DNA from: the human T2T-CHM13v2.0 reference genome, Homo sapiens
Reading direction: 5' to 3' (one strand)
Assembly (NCBI RefSeq): GCF_009914755.1
Contig: NC_060925.1
Length of the DNA stretch: 64,000 nucleotides
Positions 31,400 through 46,600 of this stretch are shown piece after piece (the first letter of the stretch is position 1; each line of letters begins with the position of its first letter). The notes below the pieces were generated by a model. The model was not told the origin of the DNA. It was given only the letters and a program-made list of their open reading frames with translations, and searched no databases. Made by a program: the position numbers and the translations under genes.

Positions 31400-34300
31400 A
31401 TTGAATGGAATCGTCATCGAATGAATTGAATGCAATCATCGAATGGTCTCGAATGGAATCATCTTCAAATGGAATGGAATGGAATCATCGCATAGAATCG
31501 AATGGAATTATCATCGAATGGAATCGAATGGAATCAACATCAAACGGAAAAAAACGGAATTATCGAATGGAATCGAAGAGAATCATCGAATGGACCCGAA
31601 TGGAATCATCTAATGGAATGGAATGGAATAATCCATGGACTCGAATGCAATCATCATCGAATGGAATCGAATGGAATCATCGAATGGACTCGAATGGAAT
31701 AATCATTGAACGGAATCGAATGGAATCATCATCGGATGGAAATGAATGGAATCATCATCGAATGGAATCGAATAGAATTATGGAATGAAATCCAGTGTGA
31801 TCATCATCGAATGGACCCGAATGGAATCATCATCCAACGGAAGCTAATGGAATCAACATCGAATGAATCGAATGGAAACACCATCGAATTGAAACGAATG
31901 GAATTATCATGAAATTGAAATGGATGGACTCATCATCGAATGGATTCGAATGGAATCATCGAATAAAATTGATTGAAATCATCATCGAATGGTATCGAAT
32001 GGTATCATTGAATGGAATCGAATGGAATCATCATCAGATGGAAATGAATGGAATCGTCATAGAATGGAATCGAATGGATTCATTGAATGGAATCAGATGG
32101 AATCATCGAATGGACTGGAATGGAATCATTGAATGGACTCGAAAGGGATCATTATTGAATGGAATTGAATGGAATCATTGAATGGTCTCGATTGGAATCA
32201 TTATCAAATGGAATCGAATGGAATCACCGAATAGAATCGAATGGAACAATCATCGAATGGACTCAAATGGAATTATCCTCAAATGGAATCGAATGGAATT
32301 ATCGAATGCAATCGAATGGAATTATCGAATGCAATCGAATAGAATCATCGAATGGACTCGAATGGAATCATCGAATGGAATGGAATGGAACAGTCAATGA
32401 ACTCGAATGGAATCATCATTGAATGGAATCGAATGGAATCATCGAGTGGAATCGAATGGAATTATGATCAAATGGAATCGAATGTAATCATCATCAAATG
32501 GAATCAAAAATAACCATCATCAATTGGTATTGAATGGAAATGTCATCAAATGGAATTCAAAGGAATCATCATCAAATGGAACTGAATGGAATCCTCATTG
32601 AATGGAAATGAAAGGGGTCATCATCTAATGGAATCGCATGGAATCATCATCAAATGGAATCGAATGGAATCATCATCAAATGGAATCTGATGGAATCATT
32701 GAACAGAATTGAATGGAATCGTCATCGAATGAATTGAATGCAATCATCGAATGGTCTCGAATGTAATCACATTCTAATGGAAAGGAATGGAATCATCGCA
32801 TAGAATCGAATGGAATTAACATTGAATGGACTCGAATGGAATCAACATCAAACGGAATCAAGCGGAATTATCGAATGGAATCGAAGAGAATCATCGAATG
32901 GTCTCGAATGGAATCATCTTCTCATGGAAAGGAATGGAATCATCGCATAGAATCGAATGGAATTAACATTGAATGGACTCGAATGGAATCAACATCAAAT
33001 GGAATCAAGCGGAATTATCGAATGAAATCGAAGAGAATCATCGAATGGACTCGAATGGAATCATCTAATGGAATGGAATGGAATAATCCACGGACTCGAA
33101 TGCAATAATCATCGTTTAGTATCGAATGGAATCATCGAAAGGACTCGAATGGAATAACCATTGAACGGAATCGAATGGAATCATCATCGGATGGAAACGA
33201 ATGGAATCATCATCGAATGGAAATGAAAGGAGTCATCATCTAATGGAATTGCATGGAATCATCATAAAATGGAATCGAATGGAATCATCATCAAATGGAA
33301 TCAAATGGAATCATTGAACGGAATTGAATGGAATCGTCATCGAATGAATTGAATGCAATCATCGAATGGTCTCGAATGGAATCATCTTCAAATGGAATGG
33401 AATGGAATCATCGCATAGAATCGAATGGAATTATCATCGAATGGAATCGAATGGTATCAACATCAAACGGAAAAAAACGGAATTATCGAATGGAATCGAA
33501 GAGAATCTTCGAACGAACCCGAATGGAATCATCTAATGGAATGGAATGGAATAATCCATGGACCCGAATGCAATCATCATCGAATGGAATCGAATGGAAT
33601 CATTGAAAGGACTCGAATGGAATAACCATTGAACGGAATCGAATGGAATCATCATCGGATGGAAATGAATGGAATCATCATCGAATGGAATCGAATAGAA
33701 TTAAGGAATGAAATCCAGTGTGATCATCATCGAATGGACCCGAATGGAATCATCATCCAACGGAAGCTAATGGAATCAACATCGAATGAATCGAATGGAA
33801 ACACCATCGAATTGAAACGAATGGAATTACCATGAAATTGAAATGGATGGACTCATCATCGAATGGATTCGAATGGAATCATCGAATAAAATTGATTGAA
33901 ATCATCATCGAATGGAATCGAATGGTATCATTGAATGGAATCGAATGGAATCATCATCAGATGGAAATGAATGGAATCGTCATAGAATGGAATCGAATGG
34001 ATTCATTGAATGGAATCAGATGGAATCATCGAATGGACTGGAATGGAATCATTGAATGGACTCGAAAAGGATCATTATTGAATGGAATTGAATGGAATCA
34101 TCGAATGGTCTCGATTGGAATCATTATCAAATGGAATCGAATGGAATCACCGAATAGAATCGAATGGAACAATCATCGAATGGACTCAAATGGAATTATC
34201 CTCAAATGGAATCGAATGGAAATATCGAATGGAATTATCGAATGCAATCGAATGGAATTATCGAATGCAATCGAATAGAATCATCGAATGGACTCGAATG

Positions 34301-37000
34301 GAATCATCGAATGGAATGGAATGGAACAGTCAATGAACTCGAATGGAATCATCATTGAATGGAATCGAATGGAATCATCGAGTGGAATCGAATGGAATTA
34401 TGATCAAATGGAATCGAATGTAATCATCATCAAATGGAATCAAAAATAACCATCATCAATTGGTATTGAATGGAATTGTCATCAAATGGAATTTAAAGGA
34501 ATCATCATCAAATGGAACCGAATGGAATCCTCATTGAATGGAAATGAAAGGGGTCATCATCTAATGGAATCGCATGGAATCATCATCAAATGGAATCGAA
34601 TGGAATCATCATCAAATGGAATCCAATGGAATCATTGAAAGAATTGAATGGAATGGTCATCGAATGAATTGAATGCAATCATCGAATGGTCTCGAATGGA
34701 ATCATCTTCTAATGGAAAGGAATGGAATCATCGCATAGAATCGAATGGAATTATCATCGAATGGAATCGAATGGTATCAACACCAAACGGAAAAAAACGG
34801 AATTATCGAATGGAATCGAAGAGAATCTTCGAACGGACCCGAATGGAATCATCTAATGGAATGGAATGGAATAATCCATGGACTCGAATGCAATCATCAT
34901 CGAATGGAATCGAATGGAATCATCGAATGGACTCGAATGGAATAATCATTGAACGGAATCGAATGGAATCATCATCGGATGGAAACGAATGGAATCATCA
35001 TCGAATGGAAATGAAAGGAGTCATCATCTAATGGAATTGCATGGAATCATCATCAAATGGAATCGAATGGAATCAACATCAAATGGAATCAAATGGAATC
35101 ATTGAACGGAATTGAATGGAATCGTCATCGAATGAATTGAATGCAATCATCGAATGGTCTCGAATGGAATCATCTTCAAATGGAATGGAATGGAATCATC
35201 GCATAGAATCGAATGGAATTATCATCGAATGGAATCGAATGGAATCAACATCAAACGGAAAAAAACGGAATTATCGAATGGAATCGAAGAGAATCATCGA
35301 ATGGACCCGAATGGAATCATCTAATGGAATGGAATGGAATAATCCATGGACTCGAATGCAATCATCATCGAATGGAATCGAATGGAATCATCGAATGGAC
35401 TCGAATGGAATAATCATGGAACGGAATCGAATGGAATCATCATCGGATGGAAATGAATGGAATCATCATCGAATGGAATCGAATAGAATTATGGAATGAA
35501 ATCCAGTGTGATCATGATCGAATGGACCCGAATGGAATCATCATCCAACGGAAGCTAATGGAATCAACATCGAATGAATCGAATGGAAACACCATCGAAT
35601 TGAAACGAATGGAATTATCATGAAATTGAAATGGATGGACTCATCATCGAATGGATTCGAAAGGAATCATCGAATAAAATTGATTGAAATCATCATCGAA
35701 TGGTATCGAATGGTATCATTGAATGGAATCGAATGGAATCATCATCAGATGGAAATGAATGGAATCGTCATAGAATGGAATCGAATGGATTCATTGAATG
35801 GAATCAGATGGAATCATCGAATGGACTGGAATGGAATCATTGAATGGACTCGAAAGGGATCATTATTGAATGGAATTGAATGGAATCATTGAATGGTCTC
35901 GATTGGAATCATTATCAAATGGAATCGAATGGAATCACCGAATAGAATCGAATGGAACAATCATCGAATGGACTCAAATGGAATTATCCTCAAATGGAAT
36001 CGAATGGAATTATCGAATGCAATCGAATGGAATTATCGAATGCAATCGAATAGAATCATCGAATGGACTCGAATGGAATCATCGAATGGAATGGAATGGA
36101 ACAGTCAATGAACCCGAATGGAATCATCATTGAATGGAATCGAATGGAATCATCGAGTGGAATCGAATGGAATTATGATCAAATGGAATCGAATGTAATC
36201 ATCATCAAATGGAATCAAAAATAACCATCATCAATTGGTATTGAATGCAATTGTCATCAAATGGAATTTAAAGGAATCATCATCAAATGGAACTGAATGG
36301 AATCCTCATTGAATGGAAATGAAAGGGGTCATCATCTAATGGAATCGCATGGAATCATCATCAAATGGAATCGAATGGAATCATCATCAAATGGAAACTG
36401 ATGGAATCATTGAACAGAATTGAATGGAATCGTCATCGAATGAATTGAATGCAATCATCGAATGGTCTCGAATGTAATCACATTCTAATGGAAAGGAATG
36501 GAATCATCGCATAGAATCGAATGGAATTAACATTGAATGGACTCGAATGGAATCAACATCAAACGGAATCAAGCGGAATTATCGAATGGAATCGAAGAGA
36601 ATCATCGAATGGTCTCGAATGGAATCATCTTCTAATGGAAAGGAATGGAATCATCGCATAGAATCGAATGGAATTAACATTGAATGGACTCGAATGGAAT
36701 CAACATCAAATGGAATCAAGCGGAATTATCGAATGAAATCGAAGAGAATCATCGAATGGACTCGAATGGAATCATCTAATGGAATGGAATGGAATAATCC
36801 ACGGACTCGAATGCAATCATCATCGTTTAGAATCGAATGGAATCATCGAAAGGACTCGAATGGAATAACCATTGAACGGAATCGAATGGAATCATCATCG
36901 GATGGAAACGAATGGAATCATCATCGAATGGAAATGAAAGGAGTCATCATCTAATGGAATTGCATGGAATCATCATCAAATGGAATCGAATGGAATCATC
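31400..37000 (+). repeat. Local duplication, offset 3,711 bp (~31.4-33.3 kb vs ~35.1-37.0 kb)
   Basis: Correspondences: 31405->35116, 31909->35620, 32836->36547. Shared variants include GGTATCGAATGGTATC, GGAACTGAATGG, ATGTAATCACATTCT, TCGTTTAG and a 147-bp insertion. Confidence 0.82.
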
Positions 37001-40000
37001 ATCAAATGGAATCAAATGGAATCATTGAACGGAATTGAATGGAATTGTCATCGAATGAATTGACTGCAATCATCCAATGGTCTCGAATGGAATCATCTTC
37101 AAATGGAATGGAATGGAATCATCGCATAGAATCGAATGGAATTATCATCGAATGGAATCGAATGGTATCAACATCAAACGGAAAAAAACGGAATTATCGA
37201 ATGGAATCGAAGAGAATCTTCGAACGGACCCGAATGGAATCATCTAATGGAATGGAATGGAATAATCCATGGACTCGAATGCAATCATCATCGAATGGAA
37301 TCGAATGGAATCATTGAATGGACTCGAATGGAATAATCATTGAACGGAATCGAATGGAATCATCATCGGATGGAAATGAATGGAATCATCATCGAATGGA
37401 ATCGAATAGAATTATGGAATGAAATCCAGTGTGATCATCATCGAATGGACCCGAATGGAATCATCATCCAACGGAAGCTAATGGAATCAACATCGAATGA
37501 ATCGAAAGGAAACACCATCGAATTGAAACGAATGGAATTATCATGAAATTGAAATGGATGGACTCATCATCGAATGGATTCGAATGGAATCATCGAATAA
37601 AATTGATTGAAATCATCATCGAATGGAATCGAATGGTATCATTGAATGGAATCGAATGGAATCATCATCAGAAGGAAATGAATGGAATCGTCATAGAATG
37701 GAATCGAATGGATTCATTGAATGGAATCAGATGGAATCATCGAATGGACTCGAATGGAATAATCATTGAACGGAATCGAATGGAATCATCATCGGATGGA
37801 AACGAATGGAATCATCATCGAATGGAAATGAAAGGAGTCATCATCTAATGGAATTGCATGGAATCATCATAAAATGGAATCGAATGGAATCAACATCAAA
37901 TGGAATCAAATGGAATCATTGAACGGAATTGAATGGAATCGTCATCGAATGAATTGAATGCAATCATCGAATGGTCTCGAATGGAATCATCTTCAAATGG
38001 AATGGAATGGAATCATCGCATAGAATCGAATGGAATTATCATCGAATGGAATCGAATGGTATCAACATCAAACGGAAAATAACGGAATTATCGAATGGAA
38101 TCGAAGAGAATCATCGAACGGACCCGAATGGAATCATCTAATGGAATGGAATGGAATAATCCACGGACTCGAATGCAATCATCGTCGAATGGAATCGAAT
38201 AGAATCATCGAATGGACTCGAATGGAATAATCATTGAACGGAATCGAATGGAATCATCATCGGATGGAAACGAATGGAATCATCATCGAATGGAATCGAA
38301 TAGAATTATGGAATGAAATCCAGTGTGATCATCATCGAATGGACCCGAATGGAATCATCATCCAACGGAAGCTAATGGAATCAACATCGAATGAATCAAA
38401 TGGAAACACCATCGAATTGAAACGAATGGAATTACCATGAAATTGAAATGGATGGACTCATCATCAAATGGATTCGAATGGAATCATCGAATAAAATTGA
38501 TTGAAATCATCATCGAATGGAATCGAATGGTATCATTGAATGGAATCGAATGGAATCATCATCAGATGGAAATGAATGGAATCGTCATAGAATGGAATCG
38601 AATGGATTCATTGAATGGAATCAGATGGAATCATTGAATGGACTGGAATGGAATCATTGAATGGACTCGAAAGGGATCATTATTGAATGGAATTGAATGG
38701 AATCATCGAATGGTCTCGATTGGAATCATTATCAAATGGAATCGAATGGAATCACCGAATAGAATCGAATGGAACAATCATCGAATGGACTCAAATGGAA
38801 TTATCCTCCAATGGAATGGAATGGAATTATCGAATGCAATCGAATGGAATTATCGAATGCAATCGAATAGAATCATCGAATGGACTCGAATGGAATCATC
38901 GAATGGAATGGAATGGAACAGTCAATGAACTCGAATGGAATCATCATTGAATGGAATCGAATGGAATCATCGAGTGGAATCGAATGGAATTATGATCAAA
39001 TGGAATCGAATGTAATCATCATCAAATGGAATCAAAAATAACCATCATCAATTGGTATTGAATGGAATTGTCATCAAATGGAATTCAAAGGAATCATCAT
39101 CAAATGGAACCGAATGGAATCCTCATTGAATGGAAATGAAAGGGGTCATCATCTAATGGAATCGCATGGAATCATCATCAAATGGAATCGAATGGAATCA
39201 TCATCAAATGGAATCAAATGGAATCATTGAACGGAATTGAATGGAATTGTCATCGAATGAATTGACTGCAATCATCCAATGGTCTCGAATGGAATCATCT
39301 TCAAATGGAATGGAATGGAATCATCGCATAGAATCGAATGGAATTATCATCGAATGGAATCGAATGGTATCAACATCAAACGGAAAAAAACGGAATTATC
39401 GAATGGAATCGAAGAGAATCTTCGAACGGACCCGAATGGAATCATCTAATGGAATGGAATGGAATAATCCATGGACTCGAATGCAATCATCATCGAATGG
39501 AATCGAATGGAATCATTGAATGGACTCGAATGGAATAATCATTGAACGGAATCGAATGGAATCATCATCGGATGGAAATGAATGGAATCATCATCGAATG
39601 GAATCGAATAGAATTATGGAATGAAATCCAGTGTGATCATCATCGAATGGACCCGAATGGAATCATCATCCAACGGAAGCTAATGGAATCAACATCGAAT
39701 GAATCGAAAGGAAACACCATCGAATTGAAACGAATGGAATTATCATGAAATTGAAATGGATGGACTCATCATCGAATGGATTCGAATGGAATCATCGAAT
39801 AAAATTGATTGAAATCATCATCGAATGGAATCGAATGGTATCATTGAATGGAATCGAATGGAATCATCATCAGATGGAAATGAATGGAATCGTCATAGAA
39901 TGGAATCGAATGGATTCATTGAATGGAATCAGATGGAATCATCGAATGGACTCGAATGGAATAATCATTGAACGGAATCGAATGGAATCATCATCGGATG

Positions 40001-40670
40001 GAAACGAATGGAATCATCATCGAATGGAAATGAAAGGAGTCATCATCTAATGGAATTGCATGGAATCATCATAAAATGGAATCGAATGGAATCAACATCA
40101 AATGGAATCAAATGGAATCATTGAACGGAATTGAATGGAATCGTCATCGAATGAATTGAATGCAATCATCGAATGGTCTCGAATGGAATCATCTTCAAAT
40201 GGAATGGAATGGAATCATCGCATAGAATCGAATGGAATTATCATCGAATGGAATCGAATGGTATCAACATCAAACGGAAAATAACGGAATTATCGAATGG
40301 AATCGAAGAGAATCATCGAACGGACCCGAATGGAATCATCTAATGGAATGGAATGGAATAATCCACGGACTCGAATGCAATCATCGTCGAATGGAATCGA
40401 ATAGAATCATCGAATGGACTCGAATGGAATAATCATTGAACGGAATCGAATGGAATCATCATCGGATGGAAACGAATGGAATCATCATCGAATGGAATCG
40501 AATAGAATTATGGAATGAAATCCAGTGTGATCATCATCGAATGGACCCGAATGGAATCATCATCCAACGGAAGCTAATGGAATCAACATCGAATGAATCA
40601 AATGGAAACACCATCGAATTGAAACGAATGGAATTACCATGAAATTGAAATGGATGGACTCATCATCAAA
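36990..40670 (+). repeat. Local duplication, offset 2,202 bp, carrying a deleted (894-bp) unit
   Basis: Correspondences: 37039->39241, 37543->39745, 38030->40232, 38437->40639. Shared variants include TTGACTGCAATCATCCAATGG, CGGAAAATAACGG, ATCGTCGAAT and an identical deletion junction. Confidence 0.88.
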
Positions 40671-43600
40671 TGGATTCGAGTGGAATCATCGAATAAAATT
40701 GATTGAAATCATCATCGAATGGAATCGAATGGTATCATTGAATGGAATCGAATGGAATCATCATCAGATGGAAATGAAAGGAATCGTCATAGAATGGAAT
40801 CGAATGGATTCATTGAATGGAATCAGATGGAATCATTGAATGAACTGGAATGGAATCATTGAATGGACTCGAAAGGGATCATGATTGAATGGAATTGAAT
40901 GGAATCATCGAATGGTCTCGATTGGAATCATTATCAAATGGAATCGAATGGAATCACCGAATAGAATCGAATGGAACAATCATCGAATGGACTCAAATGG
41001 AATTATCCTCAAATGGAATCGAATGGAATTATCGAATGCAATCGAATGGAATTATCGAATGCAATCGAATAGAATCATCGAATGGACTCGAATGGAATCA
41101 TCGAATGGAATGGAATGGAACAGTCAATGAACTCGAATGGAATCATCATTGAATGGAATCGAATGGAATCATCGAGTGGAATCGAATGGAATTATGATCA
41201 AATGGAATCGAATGTAATCATCATCAAATGGAATCAAAAATAACCATCATCAATTGGTATTGAATGGAATTCTCATCAAATGGAATTCAAAGGAATCATC
41301 ATCAAATGTAACCGAATGGAATCCTCATTGAATGGAAATGAAAGGGGTCATCATCTAATGGAATCGCATGGAATCATCATCAAATGGAATCGAATGGAAT
41401 CAACATCAAATGGAATCAAATGGAATCATTGAACGGAATTGAATGGAATCGTCATCGAATGAATTGAATGCAATCATCGAATGGTTTGAATGGAATGATC
41501 TTCAAATGGAATGGAATGGAATCATCGCATAGAATCGAATGGAATTATCATCGAATGGAATCGAATGGAATCAACATCAAACGGAAAAAAACGGAATTAT
41601 CGAATGGAATCGAAGAGAATCATTGAATGGACCCGAATGGAATCATCTAATGGAATGGAATGGAATAATCCATGGACTCGAATGCAATCATCATCGAATG
41701 GAATCGAATGGAATCATCGAATGGACTCGAATGGAATAATCATTGAACGGAATCGAATGGAATCATCATCGGATGGAAACGAATGGAATCATCATCGAAT
41801 GGAATCGAATAGATTTATGGATTGAAATCCAGTGTGATCATCATCGAATGGACCCGAATGGAATCATCATCCAACGGAAGCTAATGGAATCAACATCGAA
41901 TGAATCAAATGGAAACACCATCGAATTGAAACGAATGGAATTACCATGAAATTGAAATGGATGGACTCATCATCAAATGGATTCGAATGGAATCATCGAA
42001 TAAAATTGATTGAAATCATCATCGAATGGAATCGAATGGTATCATTGAATGGAATCGAATGGAATCATCATCAGATGGAAATGAATGGAATCGTCATAGA
42101 ATGGAATCGAATGGATTCATTGAATGGAATCAGATGGAATCATTGAATGGACTGGAATGGAATCATTGAATGGACTCGAAAGGGATCATTATTGAATGGA
42201 ATTGAATGGAATCATCGAATGGTCTCGATTGGAATCATTATCAAATGGAATCGAATGGAATCACCGAATAGAATCGAATGGAACAATCATCGAATGGACT
42301 CAAATGGAATTATCCTCAAATGGAATCGAATGGAATTATCGAATGCAATCGAATGGAATTATCGAATGCAATCGAATAGAATCATCGAATGGACTCGAAT
42401 GGAATCATCGAATGGAATGGAATGGAACAGTCAATGAACTCGAATGGAATCATCATTGAATGGAATCGAATGGAATCATCGAGTGGAATCGAATGGAATT
42501 ATGATCAAATGGAATCGAATGTAATCATCATCAAATGGAATCAAAAATAACCATCATCAATTGGTATTGAATGGAATTGTCATCAAATGGAATTCAAAGG
42601 AATCATCATCAAATGGAACCGAATGGAATCCTCATTGAATGGAAATGAAAGGAGTCATCATCTAATGGAATCGCATGGAATCATCATCAAATGGAATCGA
42701 ATGGAATCATCATCAAATGGAATCTAATGGAATCATTGAACAGAATTGAATGGAATCGTCATGGAATGAATTGAATGCAATCATCGAATGGTCTCGAATG
42801 GAATCATCTTCTAATGGAAAGGAATGGAATCATCGCATAGAATCGAATGGAATTATCATCGAATGGAATCGAATGGTATCAACACCAAACGGAAAAAAAC
42901 GGAATTATCGAATGGAATCGAAGAGAATCTTCGAACGGACCCGAATGGAATCATCTAATGGAATGGAATGGAATAATCCATGTACTCGAATGCAATCATC
43001 ATCGAATGGAATCGAATGGAATCATCGAATGGACTCGAATGGAATAATCATTGAACGGAAGCGAATGGAATCATCATCAGATGGAAACGAATGGAATCAT
43101 CATCGAATGGAAATGAAAGGAGTCATCATCTAATGGAATTGCATGGAATCATCATAAAATGGAATCGAATGGAATCAACATCAAATGGAATCAAATGGAA
43201 TAATTGAACGGAATTGAATGGAATCGTCATCGAATGAATTGACATCAATCATCGAATGGTCTCGAATGGAATCATCTTCAAATGGAATGGAATGGAATCA
43301 TCGCATAGAATCGAATGGAATTATCATCGAATGGAATCGAATGGAATCAACATCAAACGGAAAAAAACGGAATTATCGTATGGAATCGAAGAGAATCATC
43401 GAATGGACCCGAATGGAATCATCTAATGGAATGGAATGGAATAATCCATGGACTCGAATGCAATCATCATCGAATGGAATCGAATGGAATCATCGAATGG
43501 ACTCGAATGGAATAATCATTGAACGGAATCGAATGGAATCATCATGGGATGGAAATGAATGGAATCATCATCGAATGGAATCGAATAGAATTATGGAATG

Positions 43601-46600
43601 AAATCCAGTGTGATCATCATCGAATGGACCCGAATGGAATCATCATCCAACGGAAGCTAATGGAATCAACATCGAATGAATCGAATGGAAACACCATCGA
43701 ATTGAAACGAATGGAATTATCATGAAATTGAAATGGATGGACTCATCATCGAATGGATTCGAATGGAATCATCGAATAAAATTGATTGAAATCATCATCC
43801 AATGGAATCGAATGGTATCATTGAATGGAATCGAATGGAATCATCATCAGATGGAAATGAATGGAATCGTCATAGAATGGAATCGAATGGATTCATTGAA
43901 TGGAATCAGATGGAATCATCGAATGGACTGGAATGGAATCATTGAATGGACTCGAAAGGGATCATTATTGAATGGAATTGAATGGAATCATCGAATGGTC
44001 TCGATTGGAATCATTATCAAATGGAATCGAATGGAATCACCGAATAGAATCGAATGGAACAATCATCGAATGGACTCAAATGGAATTATCCTCAAATGGA
44101 ATCGAATGGAATTATCGAATGCAATCGAATGGAATTATCGAATGCAATCGAATAGAATCATCGAAAGGACTCGAATGGAATCATCGAATGGAATGGAATG
44201 GAACAGTCAATGAACTCGAATGGAATCATCATTGAATGGAATCGAATGGAATCATCGAATGGAATGGAATGGAACTGTCAATGAACTCGAATTGAATCAT
44301 CATTGAATGGAATCGAATGGAATCATCGAGTGGAATCGAATGGAATTATGATCAAATGGAATCGAATGTAATCATCATCAAATGGAATCAAAAATAACCA
44401 TCATCAATTGGTATTGAATGGAGTTGTCATCAAATGGAATTCAAAGGAATCATCATCAAATGGAACCGAATGGAATCCTCATTGAATGGAAATGAAAGGG
44501 GTCATCATCTAATGGAATCGCATGGAATCATCATCAAATGGAATCGAATGGAATCATCATCAAATGGAATCTAATGGAATCATTGAACAGAATTGAATGG
44601 AATCGTCATCGAATGAATTGAATGCAATCATCGAATGGTCTCGAATGGAATCATCTTCTAATGGAAAGGAATGGAATCATCGCATAGAATCGAATGGAAT
44701 TAACATTGAATGGACTCGAATGGAATCAACATCAAATGGAATCAAGCGGAATTATCGAATGAAATCGAAGAGAATCATCGAATGGACTCGAATGGAATCA
44801 TCTAATGGAATGGAATGGAATAATCCACGGACTCGAATGCAATTATCATCGTATAGAATCGAATGGAATCATCGAATGGACTCGAATGGAATAACCATTG
44901 AACGGAATCGAATGGAATCATCATCGGATGGAAACGAATGGAATCATCATCGAATGGAAATGAAAGGAGTCATCATCTAATGGAATTGCATGGAATCATC
45001 ATAAAATGGAATCGAATGGAATCATCATCGAATGGAATCAAATGGAAGCATTGAACGGAATTGAATGGAATCGTCATCGAATGAATTGAATGCAATCATC
45101 GAATGGTCTCGAATGGAATCATCTTCAAATGGAATGGAATGGAATCATCGCATAGAATCGAATGGAATTATCATCGAATGGAATCGAATGGTATCAACAT
45201 CAAACGGAGAAAAACGGAATTACCGAATGGAATCGAAGAGAATCTTCGAACGGACCCGAATGGAATCATCTAATGGAATGGAATGGAATAATCCATGGAC
45301 TCGAATGCAATCATCATCGAATGGAATCGAATGGATTCATTGAATGGACTCGAATGGAATAATCATTGAACGGAATCGAATGGAATCATCATCGGATGGA
45401 AATGAATGGAATCATCATCGAATGGAATCGAATGGAATTATGGAATGAAATCCAGTGTGATCATCATCGAATGGACCCGAATGGAATCATCATCCAACGG
45501 AAGCTAATGGAATCAACATCGAATGAATCGAATGGAAACACCATCGAATTGAAACGAATGGAATTATCATGAAATTGAAATGGATGGACTCATCATCGAA
45601 TGGATTCGAATGGAATCATCGAATAAAATTGATTGAAATTATCATCAAATGGAATCGAATGGTATCATTGAATGGAATCGAATGGAATCATCATCAGATG
45701 GAAATGAATGGAATCGTCATAGAATGGAATCGAATGGATTCATTGAATGGAATCAGATGGAATCATCGAATGGACTGGAATGGAATCATTGAATGGACTC
45801 GAAAGGGATCATTATTGAATGGAATTGAATGGAATCATCGAATGGTCTCGATTGGAATCATTATCAAATGGAATCGAATGGAATCACCGAATAGAATCGA
45901 ATGGAACAATCATCAAATGGACTCAAATGGAATTATCCTCAAATGGAATCGAATGGAATTATCGAATGCAATCGAATGGAATTCTCGAATGCAATCGAAT
46001 AGAATCATCGAATGGACTCGAATGGAATCATCGAATGGAATGGAATGGAACAGTCAGTGAACTCGAATGGAATCATCATTGAATGGAATCGAATGGAATC
46101 ATCGAGTGGAATCGAATGGAATTATGATCAAATGGAATCGAATGTAATCATCATCAAATGGAATCAAAAATAACCATCATCAATTGGTATTGAATGGAAT
46201 TGTCATCAAATGGAATTCAAAGGAATCATCATCAAATGGAACCGAATGGAATCCTCATTGAATGGAAATGAAAGGGGTCATCATCTAATGGAATCGCATG
46301 GAATCATCATCAAATGGAATCGAATGGAATCATCATCAAATGGAATCTAATGGAATCATTGAACAGAATTGAATGGAATCGTCATCGAATGAATTGAATG
46401 CAATCATCGAATGGTCTCGAATGGAATCATCTTCTAATGGAAAGGAATGGAATCATCGCATAGAATCGAATGGAATTATCATCGAATGGAATCGAATGGT
46501 ATCAACACCAAACGGAAAAAAACGGAATTATCAAATGGAATCGAAGAGAATCTTCGAACGGACCCGAATGGAATCATCTAATGGAATGGAATGGAATAAT

